A stretch of 62,963 bases of DNA, the filler included, from Basidiobolus ranarum (lineage: Eukaryota): assembly GCA_040143965.1 (NCBI GenBank). It is 10 parts of 10 records of this genome, joined end to end, with 100 filler letters (N's around TTAATTAATTAA, not from the genome) between each part and the next. Parts side by side here need not be neighbours in the genome. Positions count along the whole stretch, not along the records: positions 18,955 to 25,167 come from JASJQH010008252.1; positions 25,268 to 31,477 come from JASJQH010008253.1; positions 31,578 to 37,783 come from JASJQH010008254.1; 7 more parts are not named here. One strand, written 5' to 3'. This document shows, piece by piece, positions 23,739-36,054 of the stretch. The position numbers and the translations under genes are program-made. The notes below the pieces were generated by a model. That model was not told where the DNA came from. It did not search any database and saw only the letters and a program-made list of their open reading frames with translations. Positions within the stretch are counted from its first letter, which is position 1; every line of letters starts with the position of its first letter.

Positions 23739-23980
23739 CAACTCACTGAAAGCCGGATTTGGTGTATACGATGGAAGGATTTCTGTTACTCCTTCAGGAG
23801 TGCTCTGTTCACTCCTCTTTCCAGACAAGGTGTGTTTTCAGTGTCTTCTCTCGGTGGATTTAGACCTCACAAATGGTTCGAACAGGCAATTGTTACACCT
23901 AAAAACATGGTCAACACTACGAATAGTGCAACAATTATCCCAATAATATCTTGAAACCCGATGTTGGAAGTAGAACTCAT
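23739..23980 (-). pseudogene. Pseudogene E, paralog of PY-motif protein C
   Basis: MSSTSNIGFQDIIGIIVALFVVLTMFLGVTIACSNHL* with CGA>TGA at 23869-23867, a 10-nt deletion, and truncation after LPSYTPNPAFSEL. Confidence 0.85.
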
Positions 23981-24160
23981 GAATATAATTTAGAAGAGAT
24001 TGTTAGGTGGATTAAAGGTTAGATGGATTATTTATAATCAGACATTTAGTTTGACCTCGTTTTAAACGACAAAATCGCTTGCACTTAATCCCGTAATTCT
24101 GGCCAATAGCACAGTGCATTGAATATACAGATTCGAAAGCTAAAATGTAGTTAAAGATCT

Positions 24161-24244
24161 AAACATGAATCACACTATGGAAACATGAAGCACACTATGG
24201 AAACATGAAGCACACTATGGAAACATGAATCACACTATGGAAAC
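24161..24244. repeat. 20-bp minisatellite x4 (AAACATGAAKCACACTATGG)
   Basis: Four near-perfect units read directly; only one partial unit at the paralogous site (~22926). Confidence 0.95.
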
Positions 24245-24564
24245 AGTGCAATACCGTAAGTGTATTTACATATATAGAATAGAATTGGCCACATATATAT
24301 ATGCATCATATTCAGATGGATTTCCATTTTGGTTGATCGCTCTTGTATTTTAGAACGCTCATGTGAGGACCACAAGGCTTAATTAGCTAGATTTGTGCTA
24401 ACCTCAGAAGACAGAGAAAAGGGATATGTTGCAATTGTTGCCACACATATCTATATAGCTCCCTTAGAGTACACAAGGCTGATATCATGTGACCTCGCCA
24501 ATATTCTAGAATTTCGACCATCAGCGTTAAAGTGGCGTTAGGATATCACTATAAGTATCGGCTA

Positions 24565-25026
24565 ATGTCAATATCGCTCATAAACGTTGAATTTTTCATG
24601 ACTCGCAAATTCCTTCTCTTACTGATAGTTATGGCCTTTAGTGTCATGATATTTCGCCTCTCCATAGTGACAGTGTTCCTATTGGGTATTCTCATATTGA
24701 TATATTGTAGAACACTAAATAAAAGTCGAACAACCTTTCCAGCCGAGGAACAGGGACAATGTAGCCCACAAAGTTACCGGGAAGCTGATCCAACAATGGA
24801 AGAACTACCCCCATCCTATTACTCCCCTTCGGCTCCCATACCCGCTTACCTGCACATGGAGTATCCTACCATGGAAGAGTCAACCAGTCTACCACCCTAT
24901 AATGCCGATGGTGATGTCTCACCTTCAAGTGTGGCCTCAGGAGTGACTCGGCAAACACCGCCGACAATTACAACTCCGTCTGAAACAGTGGTGACGATTC
25001 CCCCACCTTCTTATTCGAATAACTAG
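24565..25026 (+). CDS. Small PY-motif membrane protein F (153 aa)
   Basis: Long hydrophobic region FLLLLIVMAFSVMIFRLSIVTVFLLGILILIYC; LPPSY, LPPY and PPPSY. Confidence 0.8.
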   Translation: MSISLINVEFFMTRKFLLLLIVMAFSVMIFRLSIVTVFLLGILILIYCRTLNKSRTTFPAEEQGQCSPQSYREADPTMEELPPSYYSPSAPIPAYLHMEYPTMEESTSLPPYNADGDVSPSSVASGVTRQTPPTITTPSETVVTIPPPSYSNN

Positions 25027-25167
25027 CATCAAAACCATATATACAGCCATTCCACTTTTTTATGTACATATTGTAGAGTAATTCCATGAAAATAAACCCT
25101 TGCTCAGCCGCTTTGTTACCATACATTGCCATGTCATATCTACTTGCTTCCACTACATGTATATTCG

Positions 25168-25267
25168 NNNNNNNNNNNNNNNNNNNNNNNNNNNNNNNNN
25201 NNNNNNNNNNNTTAATTAATTAANNNNNNNNNNNNNNNNNNNNNNNNNNNNNNNNNNNNNNNNNNNN
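25168..25267. other. Artificial contig linker
   Basis: N44-TTAATTAATTAA-N44. Confidence 0.99.
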
Positions 25268-25442
25268 AGCTTTCTGCTTGTTGTTGAAACGCCTGTTTGA
25301 AACTCTTGGCCATAACTGATTCCCCTACTTGTATACCAAACTTTCCTATTGCTCTAGAGTATTGGGAGGCTACATTTCCTCGGGGGGTAAACAATGTACC
25401 GTAGGCGTCGAAAGTGATAAGACGTAAAAGTGACTGTGTCAT
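25268..25442 (-). CDS. HAD-superfamily hydrolase (HDHD3/REG-2-like), 5' fragment
   Basis: LRLITFDAYGTLF...VASQY...KFGI is HAD motif I plus the cap start; truncated by the linker. Confidence 0.85.
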
Positions 25443-26902
25443 AATGAATTCTCTCCACTCAGAGAAAGAAATAGAATGGTAAAGTAGTATACTATGGGAG
25501 TCATTCGTTGAGGCAAATTTAAGATAAGGATCAGTAGATAATCAAGTGATGAAGATCTAATCAGTTGGAAAATCCATGATTTTAATTAAGATCGAGTACT
25601 ATCAAGTCATTTACCTCCACACTACTTAGGTCTATAGCTGATAAATCCAAGCATTGAGGTGTCATTTTCTTACTAGATTAATGTTAATATATAATAACGT
25701 CCAGAGATAAACTCTTGGAGATTACTCGTACCGACTAGGATACATTTTAATTAGCACTTTCCATCTCAAGCTAGTAGGCTTGCTTAGTCTGTCTCGCATA
25801 AACTTAAAATTAGGTTTGAAGTCTACTTTTAAAACTCTTATCTAATTTGGTCATAAATGTGATTCATACCATAGATTCACAATGCTGTATAAGTTGAGAA
25901 ATTCTAGCAAGTACAAAATCTCTTCCTTAGTAACTGCTACTTTTGAATGAAGCATAAGGTATCGTTTATTTTAATCTCGCTGTCAATGCTTCAATTCCCT
26001 CCTCATGTCATATTATAACCATCTTGAACGATTGCCTCGTTTCAAATGAATTTCTATTGCGATAGACTGTGGAATAGAATCCTGTAGACAATTATAAGAC
26101 AGCAACCTGGGTAAGTATATAGCAAAGAAAGTTCGAAGCAATACACTGATGCAAATACAGATTCTTAGTGAAGAAGTAAGACTATCTTCAAGCTGCTGCC
26201 GATGATGGGATATTATGCACGTTTTGTAGCCTTGATGGAAACATCTATTGCTGCTAGAAAGTGCCATGTAATTAGCTATAATAGTCGAAAACATATTGGA
26301 CCAAGCTTGACACTATCTGATTTTAATCAGCCTAGTCTACCTCAATAGATACTCGTCAATGTCTTAGGCCAAGGTCTATTAACCTCTGATGTGATGAAGC
26401 AAAGATAGTGTTACTTTCAACCGAAGGAAGAAAAGGGCTAAGGTCAGATGTTTCCCTCAAATAAAGTGTATATATACAGATGATGGGCTATTTCATGTTA
26501 TTATGCGTATATAAAGACAAGTGCGTAAGGCAGTGTATCTTACTACAGAGAAAATTTGAGTGTGCTGGGAGCCTCGAAATGAAAGAATATGTTACTACGC
26601 GTGCCAGGTGAATATTTGTGTTCGAAGAAAATCCAAGTTTAGCCGTGTTTTATACAAGTTTGAATACTATGGTCAACATAGCAGGTATACATTTTGAACT
26701 TGAATTAAATAAGAAAATTAAATACACGAATGGGTAGCAAATGGGAAGAATGTCTCATTTTAAAATCAAAAAAGTCGATTACAACAATTCGTTAACTGGA
26801 TTATACGGATTCACTTATATTGCAGGGGGAGGATGATTCTGCTGTAGGGTGGGTTTCATTGCATTTGTACCAGACTGATTGCTCATTCATAATTGGCGAT
26901 TC

Positions 26903-29205
26903 TCATTCACATCTCAGACTCAATTGCCGTATCTCTGCTTCATCCACATATTTCAGAAATAAGCATTTCGGAAACACTGATACGTCAGGTCGAAATGGGT
27001 ACCTTTTCGATAAAGTTTGGAACGAGAGCAGTCGTTTGATGACCGACGCAGTAATGCGATGCTTGTGGAAGTTGACTAGTTTAGCCGAGTCTTCTGAAGA
27101 AGGAGGTAGGTATGCCGGAAGTTCGGAATTGTAGGTCAGATCGGACAAGAATAGACCAAAGAAAGGTATACATGCCTCTCCGACCATCTTACAATCTTGA
27201 CGCTCTGGGTCACTCCACATCAAATCCCTGTAGTCTTCACTTGCTTTTCGCATGGCACCTCTGATATTCGTCCAATTCTTACAAGGGCTGGTAAATTCTT
27301 TCAGTTCGTCTAACATACGCTTCTCTTGCATGCCTACTCGTTCCCAAGTGCGTGAGAGGCGTGAAACATTCGATGATTGGAGCCCTAAGAGGATTTGAAG
27401 TAATGTACTGTAGTTTCGATGTTGGTAACAACGCTACACAAATATTCTGATGAGTAAATGGTCCTATCCAGATGTATTTTATAGACCAGTAATTACCATG
27501 GCGATGCGAACGAGCTTCTCGATGATGCGGGCCCGTTCCTCAATATGATCACAAGTCACTATCTCTGTAGCTACCCACTGGCACATCTGAATTGGATTTT
27601 TAGTAATCTATTGGATCATTCTTAAAAACGGAAATTCACTCACAATATTGAACCGATCAATCTGCGATAGTACACCACTACACTTCTCGTGACTGTCTTT
27701 ACCGGAATCGGGCTTCCACCTTACTTCTACTAGCTCGTGCCATTCGACTGCACATAGGCACCGCTGCTCAATGATACAGAATTGCTGAGCGATGGTTTCT
27801 GTGGAATATGAGAAGAGGAACGATCGCTTATGTCGGGAATTGCCGTTTCGGTCGTTGGGGGACGAGGTAACAGGACTGCCTGGTACCTCCATATCCACTA
27901 TGTACCCGTTACTGGTGCTAGAAGAACGAGACGTTCTCATATTCTGTCGGCGATCTGTGGGTTGAGAAGTTCCAAAAATTATAGAATTATATATTTCTGG
28001 AATCCTTGATTTTGAGTTTGCCAAGCTACATGCCATTCTCATAGTCCATTGGTTTAATGAAGCATCATCTGGAGGTTCGATAGGTAGATTGAGTAGTGCT
28101 AGCTTATTGCGATACAAGTTAGATTTTGCTGTACATTCGGAAGTAGATGATACAATGGAGTCAAAGGAGGTTTTATGCCCAAGTTGCTTGCTGTGGTCGT
28201 TTCCTTGATCTACATGCTCACTTAACGATGTCAGTGATCGAAGAGTTGACTGAATAGAGTCTGCAGAAGTCAACTTTTTGCATTGGTAAAGTTCGTACAA
28301 ACTAAAAATCAACTTTATGTCTTCCGAAAATTTAATGATCTGAGGGTGATTAAGCATTGATTTCAAGAAGTTCTTCAGCGTAAAGCTTAGCGTTACGGAT
28401 GAAGCAAAGTCATATGTGAAATACTCCTTGAGCCAATATTTGATGATAAGGTGGATTTGGATGCGTATTTTGCGTGATTTAACAAGTTCGGCACGTAAAG
28501 AGTCTAGAAACTTTGAGACGAGCGACTTGCAAAGCTGTACTGGCGACATAAACAGACGGTAGGATATGAAGAAGTCGGAAATAAATCTGTAATCTAAAAG
28601 GCAGTAGCCGTTAGAGAAAGATTTTGGTTACACCTAGTATAAGTGTGATTACCTGCTCCATTCACGAGTATATCTATGAGTGTTTCTACAGTTGCGGCAG
28701 AGAGTGATTTGCCACTCCTAGAGAAAGCCTTCGCCTTGCTGGGTGCTGATTTGGGTTGGCTCTTAGATGCCACTAAGTTTGCTTGTTGGATAGGATATAA
28801 ACCAGCACTGACATTATTCAAAGACTCTGAAATCTGATCTTTTTTACCGTTGCTTTTGTGCGTGGAAAAGGCTATTCTGGCTCGCTTACTTGCCTCGGCA
28901 CTTTTTATCATTTGCAATTTAGCGATACTATAATCTTCGGTTATCTCAAAAGCCTGGGCTACCTCAAACTGGGAGTATTGTTCTGTTTGTTGAGAGTACG
29001 TAGTAGTTGCATTTATCAAATCATGGACAATATCCCGAGAGATTCTTTTAGTGGTTGTTGTCAGTTCTATCGTGGAGTTCTTCTCCAATATCCCCTTTTT
29101 GACGTCGGTTAGAAAGAGCTTTTGAGTTGACTTTTGGGCTTTATATTGAGTGGTGGATGGTTCAGTCTTTTTAACCAAGTGGCTTTTCCAAGTATTTGGC
29201 CACAT
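26903..29205 (-). CDS. Ras guanine-nucleotide exchange factor (REM + CDC25 domain, Lte1-like), 4 exons
   Basis: Exons ~29205-28653, 28593-27644, 27586-27497 and 27433-26903. LSAATVETLI, FISDFFISYRLFMSP, IAQQFCIIE, CQWVATEI, NYSTLLQILLGL, CIPFFGLFLSDL, LVNFHKHR. Start codon uncertain. Confidence 0.9.
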
Positions 29206-31477
29206 TGTGTGAGGTGCTTTCAAGGACCGTAGACAATAGAAAGAGAATAAGAAGAGCTAAGGTTTTCGGCGCAGTAGTGAGAGAGAGGATGGGATAAATT
29301 GCAGAAGCTCGAAAGAGAATGCCACCCTTTTAGTAACTCCTTTTCACATAGCAAGTGAAACCTGTGGACTCAGGAGGGGGAAGTTTGGAGCCGAAGACCC
29401 AGTGTCATTTTAGAAACCAAGTTGAGGTTGAGTACTTGAATGATCTAATTAATGCTCATTCTATCTGGTCGTCAGGCTTGGAGTGATGGGGAACTTGAAC
29501 TGTATTACATTTAATCTGGTTTGATCAGCTTTTGAGCTGCAATTCCAACGGTCAGCATCCAAGTGCTATGGAACGTTCAACTCGTCAATTCAAATTGGGC
29601 TAGAAATTAATTAAAACTCATGCGCCATGGAATAACAGATCCTGCTTAAGCTAGCAATGAGGGACCAAGGAGGTCCATTACATTACTTACCAATACCGAT
29701 TTAGATTCGAGGTGTCAATCTTCTCGAATCCTACTAATCAAATTGTGACTGCAACAAACAAACTGTAGCTTATTAGGAGTCCGACAGCCATTGTTGAGCC
29801 AAATCAATCCCTGATCCGGATCTGAATCTGAACGGTATCCTTCCATATATGCTTGACATGAAAGTTGGAATGCGGCGCAGGCTGCTTGCACATGAATGAC
29901 ACCGATTGAAACCGATAATCATCTTGCAGAACTTATTATTCTCTTTCAAAACCATTCTTAGGGCTACTAAGATGCTTACGCTCCTTCACTCATATGAGCC
30001 ATTTCTGAACGCGACACACACCAGAAGCAACTGTTGTCTATAAATTTGTCTTGGTTTGGTCTAACCCCCTACCAAACTAGGTTTGAGAAGATCATCTAAC
30101 TAGGGGGCTAAATGGGGCAATATCATGTTCTCCATTCACAGCTGGTCACTAGCCAAAGCCTTCTTTATTGCAGCGTAATAGGAAAGCTATTACTACTTCT
30201 CTTCCATCAGTTCAAGAAAGGGTATAGCAGCTTTGAAGCCCTATTCTAAGTCTCGCTACTAGCCTACTAAGGAGTTACATAGGCCTAAAGGGAGGATAGA
30301 GTTAGAGAGAACTGGGCATAGGGGATAATAAAACTAGAGCAGGGCGAACCAAGATTAAGTAAGCATCTCAGTGAATACTAAAAACATATAGTATGTATAA
30401 TCAACCTAATGAATTGCCCAACTGCTGCGCCTAATGTGCCCAACTGTCTTATATCGGCCTGGTTACATTGGGTGTTGGAATGGATTCCTGTTCCTACTAC
30501 TGTTGAATGAAGCAATATTAATAGATCATGAATGTTCTAAATCCCTAATATTGTATCAAACACGCTAATTCTACCAAATACTTGCGAAGTTACGCTAAAC
30601 TCTCCTGAATCTGCCGGACATATATTACGAGCCTGTAGCTGAGCTGTGTGCAAGATTATTTCCATCCCTAATCTTGAGTTATTTTAGCGTCTAAGGGACC
30701 ACAAATCCAGCATATAAAGGTAACATCTTTCTTAGGCTGGGACCTTAATGATTGACACATACAAAAGAAGACAGAGGGATACTGGAGTTTCTGACTGCAT
30801 TGCTGGATATTATACACAATTTGAATATATAAAGCAATCGAGTTTTACATTTTTCGTGGAAACATCTGAAATGGGCTAAATATCCAAGTTGAAAGAGTAG
30901 AGTCTACTATCAATAGGAGCTGGAGTCAAGTCAGTCATATTGCATGCCACTCATCAAACCTTAACATACTTGAGTAGTAGTTTTATAATAGCGAGGATTC
31001 GAGTCCTTGGAACTCATCACTCTACTACTTATTGAGCTTCAATCGGTATGATCGATGCGGTTTTGTTTCTATTGCCGATTCCCCATTGATTAGCGCGGGG
31101 TTCATCATCCGGTTTAGTACACAAAGGCCGGATAGAGTATGTGGAGGGAATTACTACGCGGTAAATAGTTCATCAGATGCTTGTGAAGAGTAACATTTAG
31201 GATGCCTACTGCCTCCAGAAATACTGTTTCAACAATCATGCTAGTGCTATTGTCAAGCTTATGTGCCCTACTCTGGCAGTATTTAAGCCAATATATAAGC
31301 ATAGAAATTGTAAATTACTACTTGGAGATATTAGGGGGGATGAAAAGCACCAGGTGGTGTGGACTTTATTTAGCGGACTTGTTCCATTGTGCCAGGATTT
31401 ATCAGACCTTGGATCAATAAATTAGAGTAAATGTGATTGAAATTGATCATGCCGGAGGGTGCTGGATAGTGCTTAAT

Positions 31478-31577
31478 NNNNNNNNNNNNNNNNNNNNNNN
31501 NNNNNNNNNNNNNNNNNNNNNTTAATTAATTAANNNNNNNNNNNNNNNNNNNNNNNNNNNNNNNNNNNNNNNNNNNN
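31478..31577. other. Artificial contig linker
   Basis: N44-TTAATTAATTAA-N44. Confidence 0.99.
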
Positions 31578-31578
31578 C

Positions 31579-34152
31579 ATGGACTGTACTCACGACAATG
31601 AGACTCCGAATCAAAAGAGAATGGCTGAGGATACTCTTCCTAACGCCGCTTTGGTAGCCATGTCATCATGCTCTGTAGGTAGCGTCAAGGGTTATGATGA
31701 AATCTACCCTAGACTTTTGGATCTTGTAGGGGAGAACAGAAGATATGAAAAACTTGAAGACCCACTTAATACTGGTATTGGAAAGAGTAAAAAAATCCTG
31801 CAAGAACTTCATCAGCAGATGGCGGAAGAAGGCTACAAGGAAGTTCATGTTCATCACGAAAACCAATACGTTATGGTACATCGTCAACATCCCGACACTC
31901 ATGATGGTTACTTCATGATTGCTCATACTGCTTTTGCTAACTCTGAAGAGCGTTCTTGGGTAGCACCAGTAAAATTAAGAGGAACTAAAGCCGAAGTTAT
32001 CTTCTGTCACAGATTGGTGGTCAAGAATAGAAAACCTGAGCAAAATAACGAATACCTTACTGGCCTCGAAACTATTCTTGAAGAATTGCCTGCCCCCCAG
32101 TTGGTTGAGGGCTCAGATGACCATGGCGCTTACACCGAAGTTGTCTTCCCTGAGAACTTTACTCGCGGAAGTGTGATGCTAATGAAGACTTCATTAACAT
32201 CCACTCCTGCCGGTATTCATGAGAAATTGTCGAGCGGTATCAGAGAAGCAGTTAGTAAACTCGGTTTACTCGAAATCAATGTTGCTTTGTACCGATGTGA
32301 CCAAGAGGAAAGAGATGTCCTCAAGGATGATGGTACTTACAACGTTCCTAATTACGGCCAACTACCATATAGTGGTTTAGAAGGCTTTATGTCTGTTCTG
32401 AAGCCTATCATGAAAAATAGTGATCTAGGTCACCCTTTCTGTGGACATTTGAGAGAAGGCCAGTGGGTATTGGATTATATCGTCTCTAGACTTGATAAAT
32501 ATTCCGATCACTATCCCCTTCTAAAAGACCTTAGCCATTGGTTTAAGCAGAAGTTTGAGATCATCCGTCAATTCCCCAACTTCTTACTTCCAAAGTACTT
32601 TGCCTCCGTTCTCCACACTGCTTATGACGCCTGTCGCGACCGTGCTGTCGAGCATATGTCACCTTTCGTTCGTGATGGTGATGACTTTATAAAATCCCTA
32701 GCATTAACCTCAGTTCAAATGTACGGAGTAGTTGATACTACCAGCTTGCATCCCACAAAGCCTGGCCCATGTCTCGCCGCCGGTCTCCCTCATTTCTCTG
32801 TTCGCCATATGAGATGTTGGGGTCGTGATGTGTTTATTGCGTTGAGAGGCTTAATGATGGTAACTGGTAATTTCGAAGGAGCCAAGGAACATATCCTAGC
32901 ATTTGCTGGTAGTCTTAAACATGGACAAATCCCCAATCTCTTGGATAGTTTGAGAAAGCCAAGATATAATGCTCGTGACTCTACTTGGTGGTTCTTACAA
33001 GCAATTCAAGATTACTGTAATCTTGCACCCAATGGTATCGAACTTCTCAAAGAGAGCGTTCCACGCAGATTCCCCAAGACAGACGAGTTCGTTGAATCTG
33101 ATGACCCTCTCGCTTACTCGTATAACTCCACCATCATTGAGATTATACAAGAAATTTTGGAACGCCATGCCAATGGTATTCATTTCCGTGAGTGGAATGC
33201 TGGTCATAATCTTGACCAGTCCATGAGCCACGAAGGCTTCCAGGTTGATATTACAACCGATTGGAAGACTGGTTTGATTCATGGTGGCAGTCAGTATAAC
33301 TGTGGTACCTGGATGGACAAGATGGGTGAATCCCCACGCGCAGGTACAGTAGGAGTTCCAGCTACTCCCAGAGATGGAGCTACCATTGAAATCATTGCAT
33401 TGTTGAAATCCACTTTACGCTGGATCTTGAACTTGTCCGCATCTGGAAAATATCCACACAAAGGAGTCCAGATTCAAGATAGTGGCAAGGTCATTACATT
33501 CAGACATTGGAACGATCTAATTCAGAAATCCTTCGAAGAGCATTTCTATGTTCCATTAGAAGAAACTGAGGATGCTCAATATAAGATTGACTCGAACCTC
33601 GTCAAGCGTCGTGGTATCTACAAGGACACCTATGGTTCGAGCAAGAAGTACACCGATTACGACTTCCGACCCAACTTTAGCATCGCCATCATTGTCGCCC
33701 CTGAATTATTCAATCCTAAACACGCCCTTTCTGCTCTCGAGAAAGCCAGAGAAACCTTGATGGGCCCATTGGGAATGAGAACTTTAGACCCCGCTGACAA
33801 TGAATATCGCGGTGATTACGAAAACGGTAATGATTCCGACGATCGCAGTGTTGCTAGAGGATTTAATTATCATCAAGGACCAGAATGGGTTTGGATATTT
33901 GGATATTATCTTAAGGCGTACTTCACATACAAGTTGAAAAACACCAAGGAAGATGTCAATGAGCTGATATACACTATTCTACGCGACTTGATTCCTCACA
34001 AGAAGGAGATCGAAACCTCCAAGTGGGCAGGCATTCCCGAGTTAACCAACTCCAATGGATCCTTCTGCGCTGGATCATGCCCAACACAGGCATGGTCAAC
34101 GGGATCACTTCTTGATGTTTTGCGTGAGTTAGCATTGAGTGCAAAGAACTAA
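31579..34152 (+). CDS. GDB1: Glycogen debranching enzyme, 5'-partial
   Basis: MDCTHDNETPNQKR, LAAGLPHFS...RCWGRDVFI, NCGTWMDKMGES, PRDGATIEI, NYHQGPEW, CPTQAWS. Confidence 0.97.
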   Translation: MDCTHDNETPNQKRMAEDTLPNAALVAMSSCSVGSVKGYDEIYPRLLDLVGENRRYEKLEDPLNTGIGKSKKILQELHQQMAEEGYKEVHVHHENQYVMVHRQHPDTHDGYFMIAHTAFANSEERSWVAPVKLRGTKAEVIFCHRLVVKNRKPEQNNEYLTGLETILEELPAPQLVEGSDDHGAYTEVVFPENFTRGSVMLMKTSLTSTPAGIHEKLSSGIREAVSKLGLLEINVALYRCDQEERDVLKDDGTYNVPNYGQLPYSGLEGFMSVLKPIMKNSDLGHPFCGHLREGQWVLDYIVSRLDKYSDHYPLLKDLSHWFKQKFEIIRQFPNFLLPKYFASVLHTAYDACRDRAVEHMSPFVRDGDDFIKSLALTSVQMYGVVDTTSLHPTKPGPCLAAGLPHFSVRHMRCWGRDVFIALRGLMMVTGNFEGAKEHILAFAGSLKHGQIPNLLDSLRKPRYNARDSTWWFLQAIQDYCNLAPNGIELLKESVPRRFPKTDEFVESDDPLAYSYNSTIIEIIQEILERHANGIHFREWNAGHNLDQSMSHEGFQVDITTDWKTGLIHGGSQYNCGTWMDKMGESPRAGTVGVPATPRDGATIEIIALLKSTLRWILNLSASGKYPHKGVQIQDSGKVITFRHWNDLIQKSFEEHFYVPLEETEDAQYKIDSNLVKRRGIYKDTYGSSKKYTDYDFRPNFSIAIIVAPELFNPKHALSALEKARETLMGPLGMRTLDPADNEYRGDYENGNDSDDRSVARGFNYHQGPEWVWIFGYYLKAYFTYKLKNTKEDVNELIYTILRDLIPHKKEIETSKWAGIPELTNSNGSFCAGSCPTQAWSTGSLLDVLRELALSAKN

Positions 34153-34538
34153 ATTACGTAGTGATCCATCGAAACAGTCTGTTTCTATCTAGAATACACA
34201 CTATTCTTCCAATATAAAGTCAACTTATTGATGTATAATTTTTTAATTAAATCTATGAATTTGGATAAAATCTTATTCCGGTTCATCTTTTCTATTGAAT
34301 CTTTGAAATTCTCTACATATCATTGAATATTTAATGCTCTTACAGGTACCTGTTTTCTGTTGAAGGATCAACAATAAGGATATGATATAATAGTTGGAAG
34401 TGTAGTATTTCCCTACTTAATCTGTAGAAGAATGTTACAGAATAGACGGTGGTGTAGCCAAAACTTCAAAATTATCACAGTCAATTGAAAGAGGGGATAT
34501 CAAAACTAAGAGAAGTATCTTGAAAATGGGGAACAACT

Positions 34539-36054
34539 TTAGTTCAGAGAATACTCATCTGCTCTATGGTTGTGCATCTCGTGTTCTGTTGCGTCAAGTT
34601 TGTTCTCTCGAAGACGAGTAAACAGTGCAAAAGCCACGATGATCGCATGACATATACCCAGTAAAACAAATGGCGCACCTTGCATCCACTCATCAAAGAG
34701 CCAACCACCAAGCTTGTTCACGACCATTACTGCCAAAGCACCAAAGAAACTGTATACACCAGCGACACTTCCACGAATTTCCTCATCCACATAAGGGCCA
34801 TTCACTAGGATTAAGCTAGTAACAATCATTCCAATCTGACCAAATCCAATTAATACCGCCCAAAAGTTATTAATACCAGTGAGTGGATTCTTATTGAAAG
34901 CGAATGGGAAACATCCAATAATACCAAAGACGCCTGCAATCAAGGTGGTTGTAGTTCGACGTAAACGATCACTTAGAATACCAAATATTGGTGCCCCAAT
35001 GATCGCACAAGCTTGTGCAATTCCAGACAACCGAGAGGCAATGTTGTAAGCACGAGGACAAGAAGCCTTGCCTTCACTTTCGCATAGATTATTGTCAAGA
35101 TAATATTGTGCAACCCATAAGCTTATGAAAGTTGATACAACCACAGTGTCGGCACGAGCCACAAAACTAGAGATATAACCAAGTGCAACACGTGGATCTT
35201 TCCCGGCAAGAAATCCTTTCTTTAATAAAATGAACATGTTCTCCTTTGGCTTACTAGCCTCAGCTCTTCTAGACGCTCTGTCCTTATCTTTGGGAAGAGT
35301 AAACCATAGAAAAACGCTTAGACACAATACAACTCCTCCCACAGTGTAGAAGCTAGTTTTAATTGCTTTCTCCGAATCTCCATTATAGAGAGAGGTAAAA
35401 CGAGCTGGAAGGGGAAGCAAAACTCCAACTGCAAAAAGTGCACCTATTTATATAAAAATATCCTAGAGAGTTAGAACACCTATGCAATTTGAGTGAGAAA
35501 TATTACCTTATACCTATTCCAGAGAAAAGGCCAACAACCCCAGTAACACGGCCTCTCTTATTGCTTAAACAGTCGCCCAACATAGCAGTCATCATAGAAG
35601 TGCAGGCACTAGAGCCTGCCGCAAATAATAGACGAAGTAGTAACAGACCTGGGTAGACTTCTCTGGCAGTAGTAAAAGCTAGAATACTAATGCTTGTCAG
35701 GAAAAAACCAAGAACATAGATGGGACGTCTACCGATGCGATCAGACAAAGTTCCCCATAGAACCACCATTATTATGGAGAGAATCTCGTCATAAAGACCA
35801 AGAGAGCCAGTTATGTTTCCTATGTTACCACTATCGACTTTGATGATGTCTGTGAGAACGAACGCCTGCGAAGCACCAACATACACTACAAAACAAATAG
35901 AGAATGCTACGGCTAACAAAAAGGCTATAAAGTTGATTGGCTTTATATGGGGGCGTAGTGAAAAGATCCGAAGAAAAGTTCTCTCTTCAAATTGTTCTTC
36001 ATGGGCTCTATCTAGCACTTCTGCCTTGTCGAATTCCACTTTTGTATCCGTCAT
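34539..36054 (-). CDS. MFS transporter, 2 exons
   Basis: Exons 36054-35514 and 35443-34539 with a GT-AG intron; motif A WGTLSDRIGRR and a second FGILSDRLRR; about 12 TM helices. Confidence 0.92.

Larger units (their letters stand above)
22388..25146. repeat. Tandem segmental duplication (copy 1 ~22388-23686, copy 2 ~23739-25146)
   Basis: Long shared stretches such as GAAGTAGAACTCATGAATATAATTTAGAAGAGATTGTTA...GACATTTAGTTTGACCTC and the 3' UTR ATACATTGCCATGTC occur in both copies. Confidence 0.92.

Noticed and set aside
24161-24244. CRISPR-like appearance of the 20-bp repeats
   Set aside because: Units are directly adjacent with no unique spacers, there are no cas genes and the context is eukaryotic.
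29640-31477. Coding-like fragments upstream of the RasGEF
   Set aside because: Stop-ridden in all frames examined and no family recognised.
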